The notes beneath the pieces were generated by a model, which was not told the DNA's origin, did no database searches, and was given only the letters and a program-made list of their open reading frames with translations. The position numbers and the translations under genes were made by a program. Shown piece after piece: positions 52,301 to 64,000 of a DNA stretch of 64,000 nt (its first letter is position 1; the number at the start of each line of letters is the position of its first letter). Source of the stretch: Tubiluchus corallicola (Eukaryota; Animalia; Priapulida); assembly GCA_030141605.1 (NCBI GenBank), contig JAQGDQ010000516.1, forward strand, positions 62,001-126,000, read 5' to 3'.

Positions 52301-55300
52301 AAATGGCATACGCAAAATTGGGGCTAAAGTGCAAAAAAAGTGAAAAAAGGATCACATGAGTTGTAAAAAAAAGAAAACTACAATAACTTTTCGCTACAAG
52401 AGTCTTTAACCAGAAAGTTAAGTGGGAAAGCTTGTTAAAGCACATTATGCATTAATGTAAAATAAACATTCAATTTTGTGTTTTTTCTATTTTACAGAAA
52501 ATGAAACCTAAAGAAGAAAGTTTACCAGCAATCTAAAGCAAGCATTGAAAGCAATCAGCCAAAGTTTTAATAATATTTTTTACAATCCTTGCTAATTAAA
52601 ATGTAACTGGTAAACATTAAATCAGAGATGTGCAAAACATGATAGTTCATCTTTCTTTGATAGGTCTCTCCACTCTCTTTCTCTCCATATCCCCCTGAAG
52701 AGATTGACAGAGGTACCTGCACTGGCACCACGGAAGAGGCAACTCTGTAAGAATCAGCCAGTAATTTATCAATAACCTCTTGAAATTTTACTGTGTTGTA
52801 AAGAAATACTCATACCTTAAATCTAAGACATTTGGCACGATGCAATCATGAGGTACATGAACAATTTTCGGAAACCCTGTTGTTCCAGAAGTTGTAATTG
52901 TAAATGCCAGATTAGCTTCTTTTCTATCCAAGTCCTTTGTGGAGCGGGAACCTGAGCTGTCGCAAGCCAATGATACATGCAGCATTGAAACAAGATGGCC
53001 ACAAATGTTGACTGAGTTCACTCTAGTTAAGGGTAAATCTACTAGTTTCGAAAGTAAATCCTGAAAAGCAGAATCATATCATTAAACACTGTTTGAATAA
53101 GGACATAAGTTGTCCAGATCATTTATTTAGCAATAAGCCTTTTCACAGTTTCGTTGTGTGCAGCACGTGCAGCTGCTGTAGGTCATAGCGTAAGTGAACA
53201 TCAGCAACACGCCTTAGCTACAACCGTCTTGTGAGATGCGGGTTAAAGCAAAGCTGTCTGCAGCCAGCAGTGCAATAACTTCAGTTGTTTTACGTGGGCT
53301 TTACGTAATAATGCATAAGTCTGTGGATAGAGTGATTTACTAGCAGGATCTTGCTTGGGAACAAAAAATAAATAAACTAGATAGCTGTTAATACTGCTAA
53401 TTTGATAATAGCATGGACTGCAAGGCACCGTCTGGTTCATTTAACATTTGACCTTTTCACGAATATCATCAATCGCTCGAACTGCGAAAAAGTTTATTGC
53501 TTAAAACCAAACACTTTGCTGATGAAACAATGAGAACTTGCAGATTCAACTTTGGCACACACAACACAGCTTTCTTCTTAAGAAACCATAAAAAATTGTA
53601 CATATTTTAACTGACTCTGCATTTATTACATCGCTGTATATAAATCTAAACTACATTCTACTTTCTGAAAAAAATTGACTTAGATGGAAACATTTTTGCT
53701 TTTATTTTTGTAAACACAAAGTGTCACTAGTCAGTCAGACAAAGAGATGGATGCTGTCAATCCCGATTTTAAGTATTTTGCATAATTGCAGACTTATTTA
53801 TCCAAGAAATCCAAAAGGTGAACAAGTTTGGTAAAGTAAGGAGTGCTTGAGCAGATGGTTTAGTACTAGCAGCGGATAAACAATTTCATTGTCTAAAGTG
53901 CAACACATAGTGCACAGTACATAGGTGCAAAACCGAAATCGCACAATACAGTTATGCAGCACTAGAGCATTCTTCTCATTGAAAAAAAATGTATGGGACT
54001 AACTCTCATCTGAATGCAGGCAAGCCACCTCTGTCACTTCATTGTCTCATCTCTAGGAACTATTCTTGACAAAAAGGGTAAGTTTTGGTATGGCAAAAAC
54101 CATTCACTATCATTAGTGCACATTGGCGATACTTGCTGCAGCAAACCTGCACTTTAGTCTGGGCTTAATTTAGTGTACAAGCTGAGTTAAAATATAGTTA
54201 CCTGCTCTGCTGAAGTGTCACACAGGATCATGCTGATACCTGCTTCCTTGATTAAATATTGCAAATTAGAGGCTGGAGATTCTTCATCCAAATACACAAA
54301 CGAACTTGCACTATCAAGAACACTATAAAAACAAACCCAAATAGTACAGCTTCCAAAACATGGTTTAGCACACTTCTATTAGTCTAATAAATCCTAATGT
54401 TCAAAGCGTAAAGGTGTTTAAAGCCCAATAAACTGCCTTGATCTGCATAATTTTTTGTGAATAACCAGCCAATGGCTGGCGCAAGTTCCATGTCACCACG
54501 GCTGGATTATCCGATAGGCTAGTATAGGCTCTGATACCATTTGGTAAAAAAAAATCTGTTTTTTTGCTACAGTTGTGTTAAAATACGTTTATGCTAATTT
54601 GGTTTGCAACAAATAGTAAAATAGTGATATTTCTTAAATAAAATTTTAATGACAAACAAACGATAGCTATTCTAATTTTTTTTATTCAAAAATTTGCAAT
54701 AAGTTTACTTCAAGTTATGTAAATGTTGCTAAAATACATTACCAGTAAAAATATTCAAGACTGGTGCAGGAGAGTTAAAGGGTAGCTCCATTGGAGGGGG
54801 CCCACAATTTCATTAGCCCAGGGGCCCCAAAAGGTCATAATCTGACTCTGCATGTCAGAACTAGGTTTAACTGGCCAATGAAGAACAATTTGCTACACCA
54901 TTTTTTTTACATCAAGAGTCCTTAAATCAAGATTTTTCATTGACACTATATGTTCAGTTTGCCCGTTTAATGGCACAAACCATGTGTGTGATACTGACAC
55001 CACCCACTTACTATTTAGAAAATGTCACAAGTAAATTATACTACAAAAGGCTTAAACAATCAAAGGTTTTTCAACCTTCTAGAACTCTAGACTACTAAAG
55101 AAAACCTAACAACGTACCAGCTACCAATTAAAATAAAAACTTGTAAATCTTCCTTATTTGCCACAAGGACAGTTTGTCAAAGGCAAAAATAATGAATAAT
55201 ATAAAGTCCTGAGGTAAAATTTACAATAAATAACAAGTCCTAGATAAAATTTGCAAGGTAAAAAACAAAGACAATTTAAAATGTGAAGTAGTTATCAATA

Positions 55301-55540
55301 CCCCAAAATTAATGCCGGTAAATGCTCAGCGGCAGAGCAAATAACTCCAACTGAATTTTTGCTCATGATCAAATTGGAGTGCGAGCGGAGAACATCAATA
55401 ACTTCATCCTTCAATTCTCCTAATTCAAAATAAGTCAGCTTGGCGTGCGTCTTCTTATCGTCAAAAATAACAGCAGTTTGATTCGAAAATGTCTCTAAAC
55501 TGGTTTGAAACAATGCGCTTAGATTTGTGTCACCTGCCAT
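40360..55540 (-). CDS. AASDH: Beta-alanine-activating enzyme / AASDH (ACSF4); NRPS-like adenylation + carrier + PQQ-repeat protein, 14 exons, ~1055 aa
   Basis: Exons 55302-55540, 54202-54322, 52816-53060, 48629-48821, 47414-47528, 46535-46649, 45862-45968, 44736-44908, 43575-44455, 42853-43001, 42212-42375, 41432-41557, 41094-41225, 40360-40767 (3168 nt, phase-consistent). Motifs: TSGTTGFPK, TFDPS, GGEP, YGVTEVSSW, TGD, GRKDTQVKRHG, LPMTSHGKVD, GDS, KCIDASP, repeated SSP/GC.D propeller units. Confidence 0.95.
46908..47109. repeat. Diverged direct duplication (~114-bp spacing)
   Basis: AATTTTATTGCTG...TGAACATCAAGC.GAT.TGACTCAGGCAGGCTTAA occurs twice. Confidence 0.85.
49652..49686 (+). promoter_or_regulatory. 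Core promoter (TATA box + initiator-like) of the nested VWC gene
   Basis: TATATAAAAG at 49652-49661, a TCA initiator-like motif at 49681 (~29 nt downstream), and the ATG at 49708. Confidence 0.65.
49708..51979 (+). CDS. Secreted single-domain von Willebrand factor type C (SVWC/Vago-like) protein, 95 aa, nested antisense in an AASDH intron
   Basis: Exons 49708-49780, 50073-50184, 51877-51979 with matching phases (1, 2) give MKTAIVLCVILLTARVYSFAAYLKDPGCTFDGVNYDIGDNFYPKNGCLKCTCFPESSHACVTCPAFQAPGCQIVPGDPNAQFPGCCDKPECPSAK*. It has a signal-peptide-like N-terminus, C.F.G..Y..G, C..C.C and GD....FP.CC....C. Confidence 0.9.
53131..53499. mobile_element. MITE family A, copy 2
   Basis: TIR CAATAAGCCTTTTCACAGTT ... 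AACTGCGAAAAAGTTTATTG; similar throughout to 14706-15085. Confidence 0.8.
54497..54850. mobile_element. Non-autonomous hAT-type DNA transposon
   Basis: Degenerate TIRs CACGGCTGGATTA ... TAATCTGACTCTG with an 8-bp target duplication, CATGTCAC / CATGTCAG (7 of 8 match). Confidence 0.7.
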
Positions 55541-57673
55541 CTTCCTAGAATTTTGCAATCTTCCTGTTAAAATATTTACCTGAAATATAATATCAAAAAT
55601 TTACCTGAAATATAACATTAAATAAAGAAATAATTTAGCTTAATATTCAGCAATTAAAATCATCATTGAATGGAAAAAGGAAATTGAATTGGAAACTACT
55701 TCAGCAAGATCTTTTCTTTTTCCATCATTTATCTCTTTCATTTGTTATATAATTTAGGTACATTTCATTAAATGTTTTATTTTTAGTATTTTTACATACA
55801 GAGGAAGTCACAAATGCCAGTAGGACTCTGATCTCAGTTCACTGTCTTATCCTGGAGCTTTGGTTTAGGTTCTTTCAAATACAAATGTGCTAACAAAACA
55901 CTAGCGCTTTCCACACATACACCTGCACTACCATGTTAACAATGTAAATTCTCATGCTAATTGACTACTTGTCTTAGAACCTGTAAAGGTGGTATCGATT
56001 TGACCATTACTAGACCTTTCTAGAACATCGCATTTCCCAATAACCAGAACTTAACAGTAACTGCACCAATCGTCTATGAGTATCACTATTTAATAGGTTA
56101 CTGCAATTATCGAATGAGTTTATTAGTGATGAAGGAAACATGAACATATACGTTTAAGCCTAAGGCTACAAAACCCTATATGAATGAGGACTATGTATTC
56201 ACCTAATCATTAATAATGTGATTATCTCTAATTTATGACTAATTCTAACATTTTAATTTTAATGTTTCCTTGCAACACTCACAAAATGGCTTGCTTACAG
56301 CTTTTTTATTCAACTTCCAGTGACTATGTGTGCAACACTGCAAAGCGGAGATTTACACGGAAAATGAGATTTATATGGGCCAACTTGATAGGATCAATAC
56401 TGTAGAGTCATTAGTGTATGTAAGTTAATGTAAGCCACCATGACAGCAAAAACGCAAAAGTACTTGACTAATCTGAAAAATCTTTTGAGGTAAATGCTAT
56501 TGCTGCTACATAGTGGACGAAAAGTGAAACAAAATCTGCTGTAGTTTTGCAACTAACTGCCAACTCATACATTTGCTCATATCAGTGTTTAGCAGAAGTT
56601 TTTGTTTGCAATGTGCCACGCTGAAAATCCTGAAAAAGGCGTTCATTTAATTACGTAATTTTTTACTGTTTCAGCGATACACGGCTATAAAAAGTAAGCA
56701 GCATGATAAAATACATATCCTTTGCATACTATCTTACACAATTTATAGTCTGTCCCTAAATACGTGTAAAGTCACTAACAGAAAACAGTAAACTGCACAA
56801 ATTTAGCCATAATAAACTGTTTTATTTAAAACAGTAAAGAATTGCAGCACCAGACTCATCAGCTTAAGGTGGTAATGTTACTGCTGACTACAGCACGGAA
56901 GCCCAGATTGGCAGAAGGTAAGTAAAAGAAGTAATAAAAAGTTCTTTATACACTAAGAAAAAATTAACATATATATAGAATTCGGTAGAACTCCAACATT
57001 AAAACAATACAACTACGCTAAAATTCACATCACATTGAAATTACAGGAAGATTGTGAGTACAAAACGAATATAAACACCATGTCACATTATGCAGTAAAT
57101 TTGAGTAAAAGCCAAAAAAACAACACGGGAAACCTAAAAGCAACTTAGCAATGTCAACCGATTTAGCTGAAGCGCTTGCGTGCAGACACATCTAAACCTG
57201 TGAGCAAAGCCAAATTTAGCAAGGGCAAGTTGGCAAAGTTATTGACGAGAACCACTACGAGACCTATAAAAACCTTACGATTTTTTTACATGTATTACCC
57301 CAAAATACTGACAGTCTGATATAAGTGACAATTCCCATGAAGGTCTTGCCATATTCGTGCCAGTACTGGGCCAGCAATGCTAACTGTATTATGACTAGGA
57401 AAAGGCATGTGATCACTGACCCAGGTAAGGTTTGCCTGTATGCCAGCATTGCTAAAATGAGCCGTAATAAAGCCAGAACTGGCCTGTAATGCCAATGTTT
57501 ACTAGGTGATTGCGTAGCTTATTGTCGTCTTTTTGGCCGAAGTATAGAAATGTCAAACTCGTAGATAAAGTGTGACCATATAATTTATTGAAGTACAAAA
57601 AACATCCATAGTAATAACGTAAAGATGTGAACAACTAAAGCAATAGCAAATATATATACTTAAAGCACTAATC

Positions 57674-58729
57674 ATATATATATATATATAATAATCTTTA
57701 TTTGCCATTAAAAACATTGATAATCACTGATAAAAACTTTACAGAGATAATCAATCAGTGTTAGTTAACAAAAACTTACACTGCTGAAGGCAAATGCGTC
57801 AGTGCAATCTAAACTACTGTGCAGTAATGACGAATAAAATCAAACATATTTACAACTATACACAAAAAAATATATAAAAAAAAACTATGATTTAATTAAT
57901 ATGGCCGTGGGTATATGAATTCGGAATTAGTGTGTATGTTGTCGTACTGGTGTGATGGTATTTCATATATGGTTAATATTAGTGATTTTAATTTTGTTTT
58001 AAATGCTGATAGGGACTTGATTTGTTTAACCTGTAATGGTAGAGAATTCCAAAGTAAAATTGCTTGTTTGATTACAGAGTTCGTTCCATAGTGGGTATTT
58101 GTCCTAATTTGTTTTAGATTGCTTGTTCTGGAATTAACGATAGGATTTGGAAAAAAGGTAAGTCTGTTATTCTGGAATGGTTTGCTGATGTTGTTAATGT
58201 ACTTAAATATAAAAAGCAGAGTAAAATATTCTTTGTGTGCTTCAATGATTGGGAATTTTAAAGTTTTTCTCAGGTTAGTTGTTGAAGCTTTGAATTTTTG
58301 TCTACCTGCCTTGAGTTTGTATGAGTACCCAGCTATCAATCTCAACGCATAGTTTTGAAGGAGATTTAATTTTAAGTAATTTTCTCTTTTGGTTTTTTGA
58401 AGTAGCGTACATCCATATAAGAAGTGTGGTAGAACTAAAGTTTTATATATTAGTGTTTTAGTTTCCTTTGTTAGTTGCCCTTTAACTTGTCGGAGATATG
58501 ATGTGCTAGATGCCATTTTTGTGTATATGTTATTAAAGTGATCATCCCATGAAAGATTATTGTCTACTTGTATGCCCAGGAATTTAACATTGTTAGTTTG
58601 TTTGATTACAGCATTATCTATTGTCAAAGTGGTTGATGATGCATCATTAGTATTTAATGAGGGTGACCGTATCATGAATTCTGTTTTATCATAATTCACT
58701 TCTCCTCTACTGCTGCAGCATTCTGACAC
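57674..58729 (-). mobile_element. 5'-truncated CR1/L2-type LINE; open C-terminal part of the RT ORF (57896-58729)
   Basis: N.DKTEFM, VKFLGIQVDNNLSWDDH, LIYKTLVLPHFLYG, LQN.ALR.I, LWNSLP..VK...SL..FK..LK. Followed on the minus strand by AATAAA and a (TA)n tail at ~57674-57702. Confidence 0.9.
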
Positions 58730-61139
58730 TGCTTATATTCTCTTTTACTGAGCTATTATTAGAAAGCCTATTTTTACACCTAACATCAATTATATCCTTA
58801 GTATTGTCTTCTGTTGACTTGCTAGTCAATGGTCAACAACTATTCTTAGAACATTTACTCAATGACAGTTAGCTTAGCACTAATTGGCTGCTTGCACAAC
58901 AGTGGCTATTATCTGTCAATCATTGCTGCATCATCTAACTCTGCTCACTGGTCAGTATTAGCTCACCATTAGTCAATGGCATTGCATGACCTCTATATAA
59001 GCTAGAGCATGTAATCCAAACCAAAAGTGTACTTGTGTTTATGGTAGTGCAGATATGTTTACATATTGGTAGTTCTTATTTAACATAGCGGTTCAATGTT
59101 AACTAACATTATATATAGCGCAGTGTAACCAGATTACGCCATTTTTCATTAAAAATGAGCACACCCAAGCATGAAGTGATCATGATTAAATTTATTCTAC
59201 AAATTACAAGAGAGCCTTATCGGTTCACAACTCTATTGCTGAAACTGTCAAACATTTGTGTCATTAATATCAAAATAAGATCAGCTTCCCGAGAGACTTA
59301 GCTTTTCCTTTAGTGAACTCTGATGAATATAAAACTTGACAAGAAAGACAATTGTAACACTTGCATAGCTAGTAAAAAACATGTTCATTGAAGTGTGGTG
59401 TATTATAAAGTAACTTTTTGATCATTATGAGAGCCCTGGAAGTGAAATGAATTATAGTTGTAGTAGTAGAAAAATCGGATAGAAAACTTGAAAAAGCAAA
59501 TAAATACAACTCAATGAAAGTCACCATAAAATAGAAAATAATTATAATGAATTCAAATCGAAAACAATGGTATGGCTAAATTAAGATTTTTGCCTCTATG
59601 AAAAGTTTACATGACTGAACATTTGCTTAAAAGATGTTTACTAGCTTGCAATATCTGAAGGGTCGACCCCCCCCAGTCAATCATGATAACTGTCGTGAAC
59701 TGATTTACGAGTTTGTTTGTGAACTTTATAAACTTTAAATCAAATTAGATTACAGTGAACCATTTTCTCACCTGACTTGTTTCTGATATGCATTACCCAA
59801 GGTTAACAGTTTCAACGGATTTGAGCTTTTACAGTTTTAATCTAGTAGCCACAACGTAGTATACAGGAAAGACAGTCAATAATAAAGTGTTTGTGCTGCC
59901 AAATAAATTTGGTTTATGTTGCTACATATATTGACAAAAGCCTTTTTCACAATAACTACTAACTGCTGAACCGAAAATTGGTCGTTTTAATAATCAAAAA
60001 TCGCTTCCGAAGCTGCAGAACAAGATTTCTCTTACTGTTGGGTATAATACTTTGCGCACTATTCTGCGTACATGGCAGGACCAAGTCATTTGCTGGATTA
60101 CTGATGTATTTACCTGTCTTGCGGGCAAAATTCTTTTATTTCAAAATGTTGTCACCCCAATGCCTACAATCGATGTAATGGGTGGATGATTATGACCTGT
60201 TAACTTTTTCGTGAATGGTGTGTCATGTTCAATTTCAAATTTAGCGAGTGTGCACAAAGCTCAAACGACGCTTTTGTTGTATTGTGAAATCAACTTGGGC
60301 AATCGCCAGTTTACATAACTGCCGTATTCAAAGGTACCATATGAAGTTACATAATTTTTCTCGCAGTGTTTAGCAGTCTAAGGACAGTCTCTAGCAGTCC
60401 CTGTCGAAACTGTTGTTATGGCTGCCATCCTTAGTTACACTTACAGTCTGTTAGTTACTGTTAGGGTATCGGTTGTAGTGTAGTAGTCTGATAGTGTACG
60501 TTGTGTATGTACTAAGTACTACCGTTATGTAGTTATAATTTTGGGTAAGTTTTTTGGCTGACCCTTTCAATGCACTGTGCACTGTAATGAAAAAATTGTC
60601 TTGTGTTATTCACAACAAGTTCAGAATAAGTACTAAAACAGTAAATGCGCAACCTTAATAATTTTCGACAATTCTTATCAAAGCACAGTACAACTTTGCT
60701 AAACAAAATGATCATGTGTGATGCAAATCACTTACTGCATTAACTAGTGACCGCAAACCAATAGGCTGATTTTTGCTTCCCTTTTTGTCCAATACTAGAT
60801 AGCAGTAACTGTGCCAAGCTGCACAAGACTTTACCACCCAAGCGGCAACACTTTTCACCTCGTTTTGCTGTCATGGTGATTTCCAGTTTTGGTGAACCAG
60901 ATGTTATGCTAGCCTACATAAAAATAAAGGTTTGGCTTGCAGCTCCTTCCATATTACACGTACACTCATATTTCGAAAAAATGTCATGCAAATTTATATA
61001 AATGGGTGTTTTAGAATGCACTTTTTATGACTTTGATTATTGTACTGTTTAAGCTATATATCAGTGATTCTGATTTTGTTTTTAGGTTACCATTAACTTT
61101 CAGACATAAAATTTAAAAACCAGATAAACTGTTTTTGCA

Positions 61140-63916
61140 ATGGCAAATGCTCCTACAATTTGTGGTGATATCACTGAGGCTATAGACCTTTTTCCTCAAC
61201 ATGGACTTTACCTCAAACCAATAGCCAAGTTGAGTATATGTGTACAGATGCCTCAACTAAAAACTCCAGGTAAATCCATTTCTAACTGGGAAGTCATGGA
61301 GAAATTGAAGCAGATGATCGCACCAGATGAATTTATCGTTCTCAAGGTCAGTAAAAGTGCCCTAGAGTTTGTGCGCTTTGAAGGCGAATTAGAAAATAAA
61401 GCCGTCATTCCTACGCTACTTGCTCGCCTAGATAATAAAACTATGAAACTTAGTGGTTTTACAGAACAGTTGAAAGTACGTGCTTGTGAGGCCAAAATTG
61501 TTTTTCCTTCACGACACGATTGGGAAGCGTACTTCCGAGATGCAAAGCACATGAATGAGATGAAACCAGGTGAACGCCCTGACACTATACACTTCAGTGC
61601 AGTGCCAGCTAAATGGTTTGCTGCCCGAAATGACAAAGTAAAAGATAAGCCAAGTGACTTCATAGTGAGAAAAGTTTTTGAAACATTTGGTGATATTCGT
61701 TGCATTGACATACCGTGTTTAGACGAATATCGACAGGAGCTAACAAAGTCTCAGGGAATACAGACATTTTCTTTTAGCAAAGATCTTTTCTTTGAAACCT
61801 ACATACAATACAAGGAATATGTGTCATTTGTGAAAACAATGACAGCTCTGCGAGGAATGAAGCTCATGTATAAAGATGCTGATAATAAAGCTTATACAAC
61901 AGATATCAAGGTATGGCACATATCTTCAAAAGTGCTCTATTTACATCTATTAGATAGATAGTAGTTCAGTTTATTTTGTTTCATTGTCTCATTTATCTTA
62001 AATTTTAGTACTTGAATAATCAATCCATTTTCCTGCAAGAATTACTATTAATTCTGGAGATAACAATACTTGTGCTATAAACATCAAAGCTGATTTTTAT
62101 GTACAGTAGGCGCCACTTAATGGACTCGTGGTTAATAGACTCAATCGCTTGACTCAAAAACGCCTGGTACGGGCAGCTTCTATTTAAGTGTACATAAAAA
62201 CTGTCATTAATTGACTCGAATAACTCCTCATAATTGACTTAATACTTTTTCTTCACATGCTTCAGTAAGACACTTTCGTGTGACTAATAAGCTTTTATGA
62301 CTTTCAGATCATCTTAATTTGCCTTTGTCCTATAATATACATAGAAACAATGATATTAAGTACCGTTTTGTTTGTAAGCAGGAACGTTTAGCATACGCTA
62401 ATTACGTTAGCCTAATGGTTTGCTTTGACCCGCCGGTCCACTGCAATTAACCTTGTTATCCAAGAATTCCTGAAAGCTAAACATTTAGTCACTTGAAGCA
62501 GTTTGCTTTTGAAGCTCTGACTGTCTCTGAAAGAAAATTTAATTAGTTAGATGTTGCTGTTATGCCAGAGACACAGGTACAGTACGGTAAGTATGTCACA
62601 ATTATAGCAAGTGGGAACTTAGACGAAGCTGCCACAGGCTCCACCAACAGTTTAACCACGCCAAGCACTAAGATTTTACGAGAATTTGGGCATTGTACAA
62701 CAACAGATTTTCAATATTTTTATCACTGCGCCAACTTCTTTGTGATAAAATGAAGCAGCCGACTTTGAAAGAATTTTTGTAATTTTTGCAAATAAACAAA
62801 CTTGTGTAATTTAGAAAAGTAAATTTTTTAATTTATTGGCTAATTCACTTATATAAATTAATATTTTAAAATATTTTTTCTAATTTTTAACTGCGCAAAG
62901 GAATTTAGGCATTACTTCGTTTCTAAAATTCATTAAAAATCTTTGCAATGCATACTAAGCTGATGACTCATATTTCTATACAGTCATACCTCCGTTGTCG
63001 AACATCTCCGTACTCGTACGAATCGGTCTACGACCAGAAAATTCAAGCTGAAATTGTCTCCGCTCTCGACCAGAATTTCGGTACTCGACCAAACACGCAG
63101 CGAGCCGAGTAGAGTCGAGCGTAACTGACCGCGCCCGAGAGTAGTCACGCACAAGATTTAAATTGCCTAACATCGCTAAGTGATTTCTACGCTTATTTTT
63201 CTCCACTTTTTCCGTGCAGGAACATTTATGTTGTTCTTTCAAAGTAATTCTATTATGTTTTTCTTATCAATTGTATCATATCTACTGTTTGAATAAACAT
63301 TTTTGCATTATTATATTTCGTTTTAGTAATACTTCACAATTCATTTGGTATTTAAGAACGGATTATTTGCTTTTACATTATTTTTTATGAGAATAAATAA
63401 TTCGGTACTCAACCAAATCGGTTTCCAAACACTTTCCAATTATGGTCGAAAACAGAGGTACTACTTTACCAGTAATACTACACCCATCGGTTAATTGGGT
63501 CAAAATGCTTCCATCCCAAAGTGAGTGTATTAAGCGGTGCCTACTGTACTTGCTGTTGTTGCTGCTAAGTTATAACTGGGTATTTTTCTGGCAACGTTGT
63601 TATCATGAGAACTTTTCTTTCTATCATAACCAGTGATAGACTAGATACTTAAACTAATCCAAAAAGGTTTGGTTTTAAAGTTCACTGTTTTTTTTTACTT
63701 TTAATGCGTATATAAATAGTTATTTGTCAAGTCACATCTCTGTTGTTGGTTTTCGTTTTAATGTCAGGCTGATTTTGACAAAACCAAACATCTCAGTGAC
63801 AAAAATATCCGAAAACGGCGGCTGGAACGAGAAAAACTGAAAAACCTTGAAAAAGAAAGAGAAGAGAGGGTGCGGAGAGAACGAGAAGAAGAAGAAAGAA
63901 GGAAAGAAGAAGAGAG
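61140..63916 (+). CDS. AKAP17A: A-kinase anchor protein 17A (SFRS17A/XE7), 5' part; continues past the window end
   Basis: Exons 61140-61910 and 63768-63916. Motifs LYLKPIAK, PGKSISNWEVMEKLK, FPSRHDW..YFRDAKHMNE.KPGERPDTIH, VFE.FG.IR..DIP, ALRGMKL, DFDKTKHLSD, followed by an E/R-rich coil. Confidence 0.96.
62104..63546. mobile_element. Tigger/pogo-like non-autonomous transposon (host element)
   Basis: TA|CAGTAGGCGCCACTTAAT ... ATTAAGCGGTGCCTACTG|TA. Confidence 0.8.
62981..63466. mobile_element. Second Tigger-like MITE nested inside 62104-63546
   Basis: TA|CAGTCATACCTCCGTTGTCGA ... TCGAAAACAGAGGTACTACTT|TA, with internal TACTCGACC-type subrepeats. Confidence 0.7.
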
Positions 63917-64000
63917 GTGAGGTTTTTAAGTATTCATTAGTGGCAGAAATTCAAGTGTAAGAAAATTTAGATAGCGGAAGTACTGATTTATAAGTGTATA

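Noticed and set aside
56320-56419. Exon-like plus-strand block ending in GTAAGT
   Set aside because: All three frames contain a stop and no partner exons could be joined
61253-61711. 152-aa minus-strand ORF
   Set aside because: Antisense shadow of the conserved AKAP17A exon

Overview
This is AT-rich, intron-rich eukaryotic (invertebrate animal) genomic DNA, not a prokaryotic window, so most short ORFs in the supplied track are noise or exon read-throughs. Assembling exons by GT-AG boundaries and reading-frame phase gives six genes in strictly alternating orientation: GEMIN7 (-, partial), a 14-exon GH3-domain adenylating enzyme (GHDC-like, +), an 8-exon PP2C phosphatase (-), MICOS subunit MIC27/MIC26 (+), a 14-exon NRPS-like AASDH (-) and AKAP17A (+, partial). 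A seventh gene, absent from the ORF track, is nested antisense in an AASDH intron. It has three coding exons, a TATA box, and encodes a 95-aa secreted single-VWC-domain protein with 10 Cys (Vago/SVWC/granularin-like). Other notable signals are a ~190-nt GC-rich multibranch RNA structure that folds preferentially on the minus strand, a degenerate Penelope-type hammerhead ribozyme motif, active-site variants in both adenylating enzymes, and a candidate alternative first exon that would extend PP2C. Introns carry MITEs, two LINE fragments, tandem duplications and microsatellites. All exon models and folds were read by eye and need confirmation.
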